A stretch of DNA of 63,772 nucleotides, from assembly GCA_051294375.1 (NCBI GenBank), contig CM119268.1, forward strand, positions 23,160,056 through 23,223,827. The letters run 5' to 3'. Below are positions 52,701 through 63,772 of this stretch, piece after piece. The notes beneath the pieces are model-generated. The model saw nothing but the letters and a program-made list of their open reading frames with translations, was not told the origin of the DNA and searched no databases. The translations under genes and the position numbers were made by a program. Each line of letters begins with the position of its first letter. The stretch's first letter is position 1. This stretch comes from Paraspadella gotoi (lineage: Eukaryota > Animalia > Chaetognatha).

Positions 52701-54818
52701 GACACGTAATTTATTCGCGGTCACGTCGTAAGTGAGAAACGTGGACAAGTCGTCGTCGCCGGCCCGCTAAGAAGCATGTCACGTCATAAATCGACACGTC
52801 GCCATGTCGTGACAAGAGATGGGTGTCTTTTAAGAGAGTCACTTTTTAACGTGATCAAAAACCCTCAATGACATATAGGACCCCCAGATTAGAGAAAAAA
52901 AGTGATTCATTGCATATCACTTCCATTCATTCTTTATTCATTCATTCATTCATTCTTTTATTCATTCATTTATTCGATTCATTCATTCTTCATTCATTCA
53001 TTCAGTTCATTCATTCATTCATTTTATTCATAAATTTATTCATTCATTCATTATCTTCATTCAGTCATTTCATTTATTCTTCAGTCATCTCATTTATTCA
53101 TTTATTCATTCATTCATTCATTCATTCATTCTCATCATTCCATTCATTCATTCATTCATTCATTTCATTCATCTCTCGTTCATTCATACAGTAATTCATT
53201 ATTCATTATCATTTCATTCATTCATTCATTCATTCATTCATTCATTCATTCATTGCATTCATTCATTTTTATTCATAGCATTCATTGCAACCCATTTTAA
53301 ACCCATTTTAAAAAAGCATTTTTTAAAAGAAAGGTAACTATTTATTCATTTTGGATATAGAAATATTAAAATATCATTAAGAACCGTCAGTATATCTGTT
53401 AAGATGACCTTCTCAAAGGAACCCTATTTTTTAAACTTAGTACCAGATTTTATTTTTCAAGTTATCAGGAAAATGTCTAATTAGTGATTATAGATTCAAA
53501 AGCCTTTTTTCTTCTCACGGAAAAAATTTTCGCCCAATATTGTTTTGTCGTGTCGTCTTATTTTTTCTTCGTTTCGTCGGCTCGTCATCGTCGTCGTCGA
53601 CGTCGCTTGGTAAAAATATCGAGTCTCGAAAAAAAGAACGTGAAAAGTGAAAACAAAAACACAAAAAAAAGGGAAACAAAAAAAAGGAAAAAGAAAAAAG
53701 AAAAAAAAAAAATAGGTAATATAAAAACAAGAAGATTTATTCCAATGCTTTGCCGGCTGTGCAACTTTACACGCTTACTTCCGGTGATTATGCTGATCTT
53801 AACGTGGATTGCCAATGCATCGCAATTTTATATTTTATTTTTCATATTCTTTAAAAAAGCAGTCGCTCTGATTCAAGGGTCAGCCAAAATCAACAAATAG
53901 CAACAAAATTTTTAAACCGCATATTCATTTTTGGAGTCACGTGAATCGCTTTTTCAGGGTGATCACGTGGCTCTAACAAGACGATACATTTGCACCATTT
54001 TATGTCTTATGGTAAGTCAAATCATTTACCAAATAATTTATTTAACTAAATAATGAAAGAATTAACACCGAGTATTACTGTAAAATTTTTTAATGGAAGA
54101 GGGATAGACCGACCGATCCCGACCAAATCCGATCAAACCCGACCGACTACAAGTGTTCTCATAAGATGCTCCGCAACGTAAAATTTAAAAAAAAAGATAA
54201 AAAAAAAAGGAAAAAATAAAAGGAAAAAAAGAAAGGAAAAAAAGGAGATCGACACTCGTCAAATTCGCTTTAGCGACAAAAAAAAAAAGTCTATGCCGAA
54301 TATTTCAAATACGAAACGAGAAAAGAAGAGGAAAGGAGAAAGGAGGGGAGAGAGAAAAAAGGAAAGGGAGGAAGGGAGAGCGGAGATAAGGGAGCGAGGA
54401 GAGAGGGAGGATAAGGGAAAAAAGAGGAGATGAGGAGGAAAAGGGGAAAGGAGAGGAAAGGGAGGAAGAGGAGAGGAGAATAAGGAGGGGGAGAGGGAGG
54501 AAGGAGAAAAAGGGAGAGGAAAGGAAAAGGAGATAGGAGAGAAAAGGGAGGAGATAAAGAGGCGAGAGAATGCGAGGAAAGGAGAAAAACGGAGAGGAGG
54601 AGGAAAGAGAGAAGGGAGGGGAGGGTGAAGTGGGCAGGGAAAGGAAGGGGGAAGCAGAAAGAAGAGAAAAAGAGGAAAGGGAATGTATGGGAATAAAAAG
54701 ATGGGGAATGGAAAAAAATGAAGTGGGATAGGGAATAAAACCCCACCACAATAGATGGAAAGAAAATAAAAAAAAAGTCTAAACTTCTCTTTTACCCTTT
54801 TTTCACCTTTTACTTAGC

Positions 54819-54853
<35 letters not shown>

Positions 54854-56252
54854 CTCTCTCTCATGCCTCTCTTCTCTCTCTCCTCCTCTCTCATCTCTCT
54901 CGCTCTTTTGTTTTTTGTCATTTTACGAGAATTCGGTTCATCATCACAGACGAAGGCCAGGACAAATAGGAACAAAGAGAAAAAAATGAGAGGAGGCGGA
55001 GAAAGAGAGAGAAGAGAGACGAGAGAGAGAGAGAGAGATAGACGATGAGAGAGGACAGAAGAGGACGAGGAAGAGAAAAAGAGGAAGAGGAGAGAGAGAA
55101 ACAGCAGAGAGAGAGAGAGAGGAGAGGAGAGATTTGTTGCTGATCACATAAAACTATCGTGATTCACTCCCAAGGGGCGAGAGAGGTCGTCTGACGTCGC
55201 GAAGAGAGAGACAGAGAACAATGGAGAGAGGAGAGATGAGAGATGAGCAGAAGAGAGAGGAGAGAGAGAGAGAGAGGAGAGAGAGAGGAGAGGAGTAGAG
55301 AGAGAGAATATAAAGTTTTCTGACGGGACGCGACTCCAGTTAAGAACAGACAAGGTAAAGTTGGCGGACAAATACTATGCTGCAGGTGCTGTTGATTATA
55401 TTCAATGTGATAATGTTGTTGATGATGAATGATGATGATAGATGATGATGATAATGAGTGATGAATGATGTACGATTGTCCTGATGTTTTGGGCTACTTT
55501 CGTAATGATTTTTGGTTTTTTTCCGATCTGATAGCAGATTCCGCTTCGTTATTCACTTTTCGGCCGTCGGTTCCACCCCGGTAACAATGCATTTAGATTC
55601 ATATCGAACATCGAATTATGAAATTGGTACAACCAATACAAAATAATAAATTAAATTATCAAAAAAAAAAGATGTTCCGTCCGTCCGTCTGTCCAATCCG
55701 TCCTGAATGGGTGAGTGGATGGGGCGATTGTTCTTGAAATTTTGTGTGTTGGGGTTGAGAAGCGGTATGATTAAAGCTGGAAATCAAGTTTCGATGGAGA
55801 TCGTCCGAAATGAGTGAATAAATTTGAAGTGGAAAAACAAACAAACAAGTAGCACAAAAAAAGTTAAATTATAAATATTGTGGAGTAAAATTGTATTAAT
55901 AAAAACAATTGCAAGATTAATCAATTAATCATACGTAACATTATGATCTGCATTCTCTGATTACCGCTAAATGTTCTTCGTGCAAATCCCGTCATGGTTG
56001 TTTGCTCAAATTTGTTTTGGACTCAAACGATTTTTGAATTTCAAAGTTGAATACGAAAAACTTGAGTCTTAAAAATCAAAACATAAGGAAAATAATGGTT
56101 TTCGTCGTCGTCGTTCTCGTCGTCGTCTTTGTTGCCTCTCGTCGTCGTCATCGACTGTCCGTCTCGTCGTCGTCGTCGTGTTCGTCCCTTGCTTCATCAT
56201 CATTTTTAACCCATACATTTTTATGCTGTTTCTGCATCTTCCTGCTCAGAGT

Positions 56253-56292
<40 letters not shown>

Positions 56293-56294
56293 TC

Positions 56295-56329
<35 letters not shown>

Positions 56330-56520
56330 GCCTTATTTTCATTTAAACCGGTTTTTCATTCTCAAGCGACGAAAACATTTGTTTATTTTTATTGCGTCGA
56401 AAAACAATAACAGAAGAAAAAGACTGCTTTGAGGTTTTTGTTTCACTGCGTCTAGGAGAAGCGATAGGGGAGGGAGAGGGAGAGAGAGGCGAGAGAGAGA
56501 GGGAGAGAAAGAGAGAGAGA

Positions 56521-56555
<35 letters not shown>

Positions 56556-57498
56556 TAAAAAAAGATAAAAAAACTCCAAAGAGCGAAATGTCCAAAAATG
56601 GCCCGTTCGAGAGGAATTTCGGTCTTTCATTGTCTGGTCGTCGTCGTGGTCTTCGTCGTGCATTAGTCGTCGTCGTTGTTCAGCCCGTTCGTCGTTCGTC
56701 GTTCTCGAAACTTCGTCGGGTTGTGTCGACGTCGTCTGTTGGTCACCCTCGTCATTGCTCGTCGTGTTCGTATTAGTCGGGTCTTCGTCGTTGTCTCGCG
56801 TCGTTGTCGTCGTTTCGTCGTCGTCGTGGAAGACAGAGAGAATCATAAAATATAAAACTGGGCGAAGAAAGAAAAAGAAGGAACTGAATCGTAAAAGGAG
56901 AAAATAAAAAGGGAAAGAGAAGAAAAGAAAAGAAAATAAAAAGAGAAGAAATAAAAAGAGAAGAAAAAAGAAGAAATAAAAGAGAAGAATAAATATGAGA
57001 AATGAAAGAAAAGAAAAAGATAAGAAGAAAAAGAGAAGGAAAAAAGGAAGAAAGAAATAAAAGAGAAGAATTAAAGATGAAGAAATAAAAGAAAAGAAAA
57101 ATATGAGAAGAAATAGAGAAGAAGAAAGAAAAGAAATTAAAAGAGGAAGTAAAAGATAAGTAAGAAAGAGGAAGAAATGAAAAAGAAAAGGAAAAAAAGA
57201 TGAAAAGAAAAATTTAAAAAAAACTTTTAAAAAGGTCAAGAAATGGATACATATCCATTAAACAATATTATAAAATACTTGTTATATTACGAAGCTGCCA
57301 GAAAAATATTAAAAGAAAAAAAAAAGAAAGAAAAAAGTTTGAAAATAAAAAAAAGGATTAGAAAAGTAAACAAACTCGGAATAAACAAAATAAAAAACAG
57401 AAAATGGAGGGAAAGAGCAGAGGCGACTGAGAGATTAGAATGAGAGAAGAGAGAGAGAGAGAGAGAGATGAGAGAGAGAGCAAGAGAGAGAGAGAGAA

Positions 57499-57566
<68 letters not shown>

Positions 57567-60500
57567 CTGAGAAGGAAAAGGGAGAAAAAGAATAAACAAA
57601 GATGCGTTCAAGTGTAAAACTAAAAGTTGGTTTATTTTTCCTCAAATAAAAAAATAATTTTATAAAGATCATTTTTATCTTTTAAACTCTTTTCGATAAC
57701 CGTAAAAGAAGATACGCCTATTCTCTCCTAGCCAGTTTTCAAAGGGTCAATTTCTTTCTTTCTTTCTTTAGGTAAAACCAGCTACTTTTTTGTTACTTTC
57801 TATTCTAAATTAATTCTAAATAGTGTTCTTTTTTTCCGACTTTCTTTCTACTTTTATCTAAATTTTCTCTTCCTTTATTCACAAAAATATTTAAAACCAA
57901 AATTTAAATATTGTAAAGGAATTCATCTTCTTTCAAAACAAAGCTTTAGATTTTGACGAATTTTGGTTAAAGTTTTTTTTAAAATCTTTTATCCGATTTT
58001 AGTTTCACGCTGAGTCAGGAATGTAGGTGGGAAGAATGGCGGAAGGGAGAGAAGAGGTTAGAGGTGGAAGGGGAGAAAGGATAGGGGAGGGTAGGGATGG
58101 ATAGAGGATAGGGAATTCAGGAAAACAAAGAAACCGAAAGAAAACATCTTTTGAGACGAAAAATCGAATTAAATTTTTTTTTTTCAGATTTGAGATAAAA
58201 ACAAATCTCCGACCGAATTCCCAGGACGAAGTCGCTTCTTTGTGAAGGTGGCCGCGGCGGTGAAACTTCAAAAAAACCAGTTNNNNNNNNNNNNNNNNNN
58301 NNNNNNNNNNNNNNNNNNNNNNNNNNNNNNNNNNNNNNNNNNNNNNNNNNNNNNNNNNNNNNNNNNNNNNNNNNNNNNNNNNNNNNNNNNNNNNNNNNNN
58401 NNNNNNNNNNNNNNNNNNNNNNNNNNNNNNNNNNNNNNNNNNNNNNNNNNNNNNNNNNNNNNNNNNNNNNNNNNNNNNNNNNNNNNNNNNNNNNNNNNNN
58501 NNNNNNNNNNTTTTGTGAAGACTGTGTGAGAGAGGAGAGAGGAGGAGAGGCGAGAGAGAGGAGGAGATTTTTTTTATGTCGATTTAAGAATTAGTGAAAA
58601 AATTTCTCGATTTTCTAGTTTTCGCTTTTCCAAAATGTAGGTTACAATTTTTATTATACTTAATTAATAGTATTTTATCATTTGATAAAGTGTCATTTCA
58701 ATCACTGGATCATTAGTACAATATCGATCTTATTATGAGATTTACTATGAATTAAATCAATCATTTTTTAATTCACGAGGAACTCTTTTTTCAGTTTTGT
58801 TTTTAAAACATTTAAAAGATAAAGATATTTAATATTTTCCACGTTTTATTTTTTTCTTTCCACTTCGTATTTTCCACTANNNNNNNNNNNNNNNNNNNNN
58901 NNNNNNNNNNNNNNNNNNNNNNNNNNNNNNNNNNNNNNNNNNNNNNNNNNNNNNNNNNNNNNNNNNNNNNNNNNNNNNNNNNNNNNNNNNNNNNNNNNNN
59001 NCTTTTAACTTTTCACTTTCCATTTTTCACTTTCCATTTTTCACTTTCCATTTTTGTCGGGAGATTTAATCTATTTCCCTTTTTCAAGTGAAAGACGATT
59101 GGAAAAAGTTGACTAAGGCGGGTTGGCTTAGATTAACTAAGGAGGAGGGGAGAGCGATCTTGAGCTCTGCCTATTAATTTATTAATTTGTACTACGCGAA
59201 TTATTTGCTTTATTTACTCTTTTATGTTGACATATGATGATATTTACAGACAATTATCAATTTTTCTGATGTAAGATTCATGAATTACTGGATGAGAAAA
59301 AACGAACAAAAGTCATTGAGAGAAAAAAAAAATTAAAATGAAAAAAAAGGAAAAGAAAAGGAGAAAAAAATGGGGAAAAATAAGAGAGGAAAAAGAAAGA
59401 GAATGACAGANNNNNNNNNNNNNNNNNNNNNNNNNNNNNNNNNNNNNNNNNNNNNNNNNNNNNNNNNNNNNNNNNNNNNNNNNNNNNNNNNNNNNNNNNN
59501 NNNNNNNNNNNNNNNNNNNNNNNNNNNNNNNNNNNNNNNNNNNNNNNNNNNNNNNNNNNNNNNNNNNNNNNNNNNNNNNNNNNNNNNNNNNNNNNNNNNN
59601 NNNNNNNNNNNNNNNNNNNNNNNNNNNNNNNNNNNNNNNNNNNNNNNNNNNNNNNNNNNNNNNNNNNNNNNNNNNNNNNNNNNNNNNNNNNNNNNNNNNN
59701 NNNNNNNNNNNNNNNNNNNNNNNNNNNNNNNAAGTGAAAGAGCGAAAGTCAATATAAAGAACAGAAAGATAAATTTAAATATAGACAGATAAATGGAAAG
59801 TCAGATATATAAGCTGACTAATAGACAGACAAACAGGCAGATAGATACAGAAAGAGAGACAGACAGCGATAGATAGAAAAACATATTAACAGACAGACAG
59901 ACAGACAGATGAATAGATAAATATGTAGATCGAAAAATGTATAGATGGACAGATAGAAGAGAAAAANNNNNNNNNNNNNNNNNNNNNNNNNNNNNNNNNN
60001 NNNNNNNNNNNNNNNNNNNNNNNNNNNNNNNNNNNNNNNNNNNNNNNNNNNNNNNNNNNNNNNNNNNNNNNNNNNNNNNNNNNNNNNNNNNNNNNNNNNN
60101 NNNNNNNNNNNNNNNNNNNNNNNNNNNNNNNNNNNNNNNNNNNNNNNNNNNNNNNNCGACGACGACGACGACGGCGACGACGACAACGACGACGACAAAT
60201 ACGATTTAATCGTCAGAGAATCGTTCTGTTTTCATGAGGCGAAAATAAATGGACGAGTTTATTTCATAGATTTTATGACCAACGACGACGACAACAACAA
60301 CAACAAAAACAACAACAACAAAAACAACAACGTCAAGCACAACAACAATAACAACAACAACAACAACAAAAACAACAACGTCAAGCACAACAACAATAAC
60401 AACAACAACAACAACAAAAACGCGCTTTTTTCTTTAATTACTTTGTGTTAATACGATGTTATAATTAAAATACAGTCTTAATTATTTTCTCTTTTATTAT

Positions 60501-62215
60501 TTTTTTATTTATTACATTTTCTCTCAGTTTCTGAATTCTACTCTTCCATGCTTTTTTCTTTTCCCTTCTCTGCTTCCCGTTTCATGTCCCTGCCTTTTCT
60601 TCCCTTCCATATCCCTGCCCTTTCCATGCTTTCCCTTCTCCCCATTCATGTCCCTGCCCTTTCCATGCTTTAAACACTTAATTTGTTTTTTATTTCTTCT
60701 CTCAAAATCGTCATTTAGCGACGACAACGANNNNNNNNNNAACGACGACGACGACGACGACAACGACGACGACGACTGAAAAGAATCCAGACCAACGGAT
60801 AGACAAGACGCAAGAGACGCACCGAATGATAAAAACTCTACAAGTGACAGACGCTTTTAAATTTAACCTTTCATCTTCCTCGTATATTTTAATTAATTTA
60901 CAACCGAAACGACCGAGAATTAAGAGAATAAAAAGGATTATAAAAAAAGAAAGAAGGATGAAAAAAGAAAGAAAAAAAGAAAGAAAAAAAAAGAAAGATA
61001 AAAAGAAGAAAAAAAGACTGTTCATTTCGGGCGATGATTAAAACCCCGGGAAGGCTGCATGAAGCACTGGGAGAAGGAGAAGGAGGAGGAGGAGGAGGAA
61101 GAGGAAGATGAGGAGGAAGAGGAAGAAGAAGAGGAGGAGGAGGAGGAGGAAGACGAGGATGAGATAAAGAGAGGACGAAGAGGGAGAAAGACGAGGAAAT
61201 CAAAACTTAGTCGTATTCTTCTTCTTCTTCTTCTTCTTCTTCACGGTCTCTCTCTACTGTTGGTCTTCTCTCTTGACCCTTTTATTTCCCTCCCCGTCTC
61301 ACTCTCTATCTTACTCTCCGTCTCCCTCTCTATCTCGCTCTCTCTCTTCCTTCTCCTCTCAATCTTCCCCCTCCTCCTCCTCCGCCCCCCCCATCGTCCT
61401 CTCTCCTCTGATCGTGAGAATCGCACCACATGACGTCACGTTCCCCTCAATTTAATCCCGACTCCACTTGACACCCGGGGTGCGAACATCTTTCTTTTAC
61501 GCTCGACTCCTGTTGATACCCGGCGTGCGGGGGAGATCTTTTGAAAGATGTCACTTTTTGGTCGGTCGGTTGTTCCCTGAATTAATCTGTAACCTTTATA
61601 TTTAAATTGTTTAAACAATAAAACTTGTTGTTTGTAAACAAAAACGAACTTTGAAAGGTCATGGGATATTATAAGCTTATTATACTTGATTGTTAAACTT
61701 GTATAGTTATTAAATCATATAAAAAAGGTTAACTCGGCGCAAAACTTTAAACTCGTAAGTTCTTTTTTTAAACACGACTCTACTTAATACCTGGGGTGCG
61801 AGAAGATTTTTAAAAATCTTTTTTTTTCGTTATGTCAGTTTCAAGTTTATAATCGAATTTAATGTCTCTAATTAGTCTTGTCTTTTTTTCTAATTTATTG
61901 TCAAAAGAATTTATTTCTATTTTTAGAAGGAAAATTTTTTTTAAGTCGTGAATAATTTGTAGTGAAGTATTAATTCAGTCGAGGCTTAGTTAGTTGATGT
62001 TAAAATCATATTGTAGTGACGTGAGGAAATTTGATATTTTTTTAGGGAGAGAGTTATTAATTTATGACAGTGACATGTAAAACAAATTTAGCTATGTTTT
62101 GCAATATATACAAGTTCCACGTATTGGACGGTCAATCAAAAAAATACTAATCTAAAAATGAAAAGCAAAGCAAGGAATCTCTCTCTCTCTCTCTCTTTTT
62201 CTCTTTCTCTCATTT

Positions 62216-62251
<36 letters not shown>

Positions 62252-62948
62252 NNNNNNNNNNNNNNNNNNNNNNNNNNNNNNNNNNNNNNNNNNNNNNNNN
62301 NNNNNNNNNNNNNNNNNNNNNNNNNNNNNNNNNNNNNNNNNNNNNNNNNNNNNNNNNNNNNNNNNNNNNNNNNNNNNNNNNNNNNNNNNNNNNNNNNNNN
62401 NNNNNNNNNNNNNGGGGGGGGAAGAGGAAGAGTAGATAGAGAGGGAGACAGAAATAGAGAGGGAATCAGAAAAAGAGAGGGAGACAGAGATAGAGAGGGA
62501 GACAGCTAGGGAGAAGGAGGAATTGGAATAACATCCGAAGAAACCAAAAGTCAGTCAACGAAAAAGTACAGCAAATCGAGAGAGGCACGAACAACATTGA
62601 TTAATATTACTTAATCCAAATTGTAACTCATGTTAGCTGATTGAACGATTTAAAAACGGTTGGAAAACAAATGAACAGAGAATCCACAAAAGACCCCTTA
62701 GACGTATAAGTTGCTGTCCAGGGTCATGTACTGTTCAATTCAATTCAATTCAATTCAATTCTCGCTGTGTAAAAATTCCCATTCCCTCCCTCTCTCTCTC
62801 TCTCTCTCTGTATAAAAATTCCCATTCCCTCTCTCTCTCCCACAAATTAAAACCCAGAAATTAAAAAACCAGCGGATTCGTCTAATTACCGACTGAGTTT
62901 CTCTGAATCCTAATTTTAGTTTCGTCTCTGGCCGTAAGCGTCGCCTAG

Positions 62949-62985
<37 letters not shown>

Positions 62986-63772
62986 NNNNNNNNNNNNNNN
63001 NNNNNNNNNNNNNNNNNNNNNNNNNNNNNNNNNNNNNNNNNNNNNNNNNNNNNNNNNNNNNNNNNNNNNNNNNNNNNNNNNNNNNNNNNNNNNNNNNNNN
63101 NNNNNNNNNNNNNNNNNNNNNNNNNNNNNNNNNNNNNNNNNNNNNNNNNNNNNNNNNNNNNAGAGAGAGAGAGAGAGAGATAATTGGAGCCTCGCGTCGC
63201 ATTCGGTCGTAAAGTTTTAAGACAAAGAAAAGAAAAAAATAATTAAAACTCAAAGTAATTTAATCATTATTATTTTTTAGTTTTTAGGTGAAATGCTGAT
63301 CTGTTTCTTGTTTGATTGGTTTGGGATTCACAGTACAAGCTGGAACAAGCAGTACAAACTTTAATGGCATCGAGATGTATGGTTAGATGACTTGGNNNNN
63401 NNNNNNNNNNNNNNNNNNNNNNNNNNNNNNNNNNNNNNNNNNNNNNNNNNNNNNNNNNNNNNNNNNNNNNNNNNNNNNNNNNNNNNNNNNNNNNNNNNNN
63501 NNNNNNNNNNNNNNNNNNNNNNNNNNNNNNNNNNNNNNNNNNNNNNNNNNNNNNNNNNNNNNNNNNNNNNNNNNNNNNTCCTAAACCAACTACCCCTGGC
63601 GCCTTTCTGCCCAACGGCAAAACTAATTTTAACCTTTTTTTTTCCCTAAACTTGAAATTTTTAATTATTATTTGAAATCTTTTTCCGAAAATTAAAGACA
63701 CGACGAATTTAAAAATGAAAAAAAACCGCGAATTAGATTCCTCCATCGATTTTTAATTTTGTCAGAACGTTT

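Larger units (their letters stand above)
48576..54862. repeat. Tandem duplication, 48576-51201 vs about 51900-54862 (clean versus noisy copy)
   Basis: Same unique landmarks in the same order (49190/52675, 50160/53730, 50550/54155), separated by a 25-N gap. Confidence 0.92.

Noticed and set aside
51074-52702. 542-aa Pro/Ser/Leu ORF and the many similar R/E/G- or S/L/P/F-rich ORFs in the track
   Set aside because: Translations of polypurine/polypyrimidine microsatellite tracts that lack stops by composition; several cross N gaps.

Overview
Eukaryotic, almost certainly metazoan, draft-genome scaffold. It is AT-rich, full of (GA)n, (GGA)n, (GAC)n, (ATTC)n and (TCAA)n microsatellites, and has many N gaps, so nearly all ORFs in the supplied track are low-complexity artefacts. 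Large parts look like uncorrected long-read gap fill: indel-ridden sequence, seven exactly 25-N gaps, and inverted or tandem false duplications. Two spliced genes can be rebuilt by hand with phase-consistent GT-AG exons. (1) A minus-strand, probably extracellular mosaic gene (7 exons, 14012-17689, 5' end not found) with an insulin-A-chain/Gla-like Cys module, an LDLa domain and two SRCR domains. (2) A minus-strand three-LIM-only protein of about 184 aa. Its exons are scattered and duplicated by mis-assembly (35.1-45.9 kb), and one 3' splice site is amplified in a 74-bp minisatellite. Also present: a 2.1-kb hAT-like foldback element with an 8-bp TSD (29161-31251), a cluster of three error-containing tRNA genes (Arg-CCT, Pro-AGG, Pro-CGG), a CCA-ending tRNA-Leu 3' fragment, frameshifted exons of a Cys-rich plus-strand gene (about 4-13.4 kb), possible CUB-like exons (26-29 kb) and several minisatellites. 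All translations and alignments were done by eye; no database search was run.
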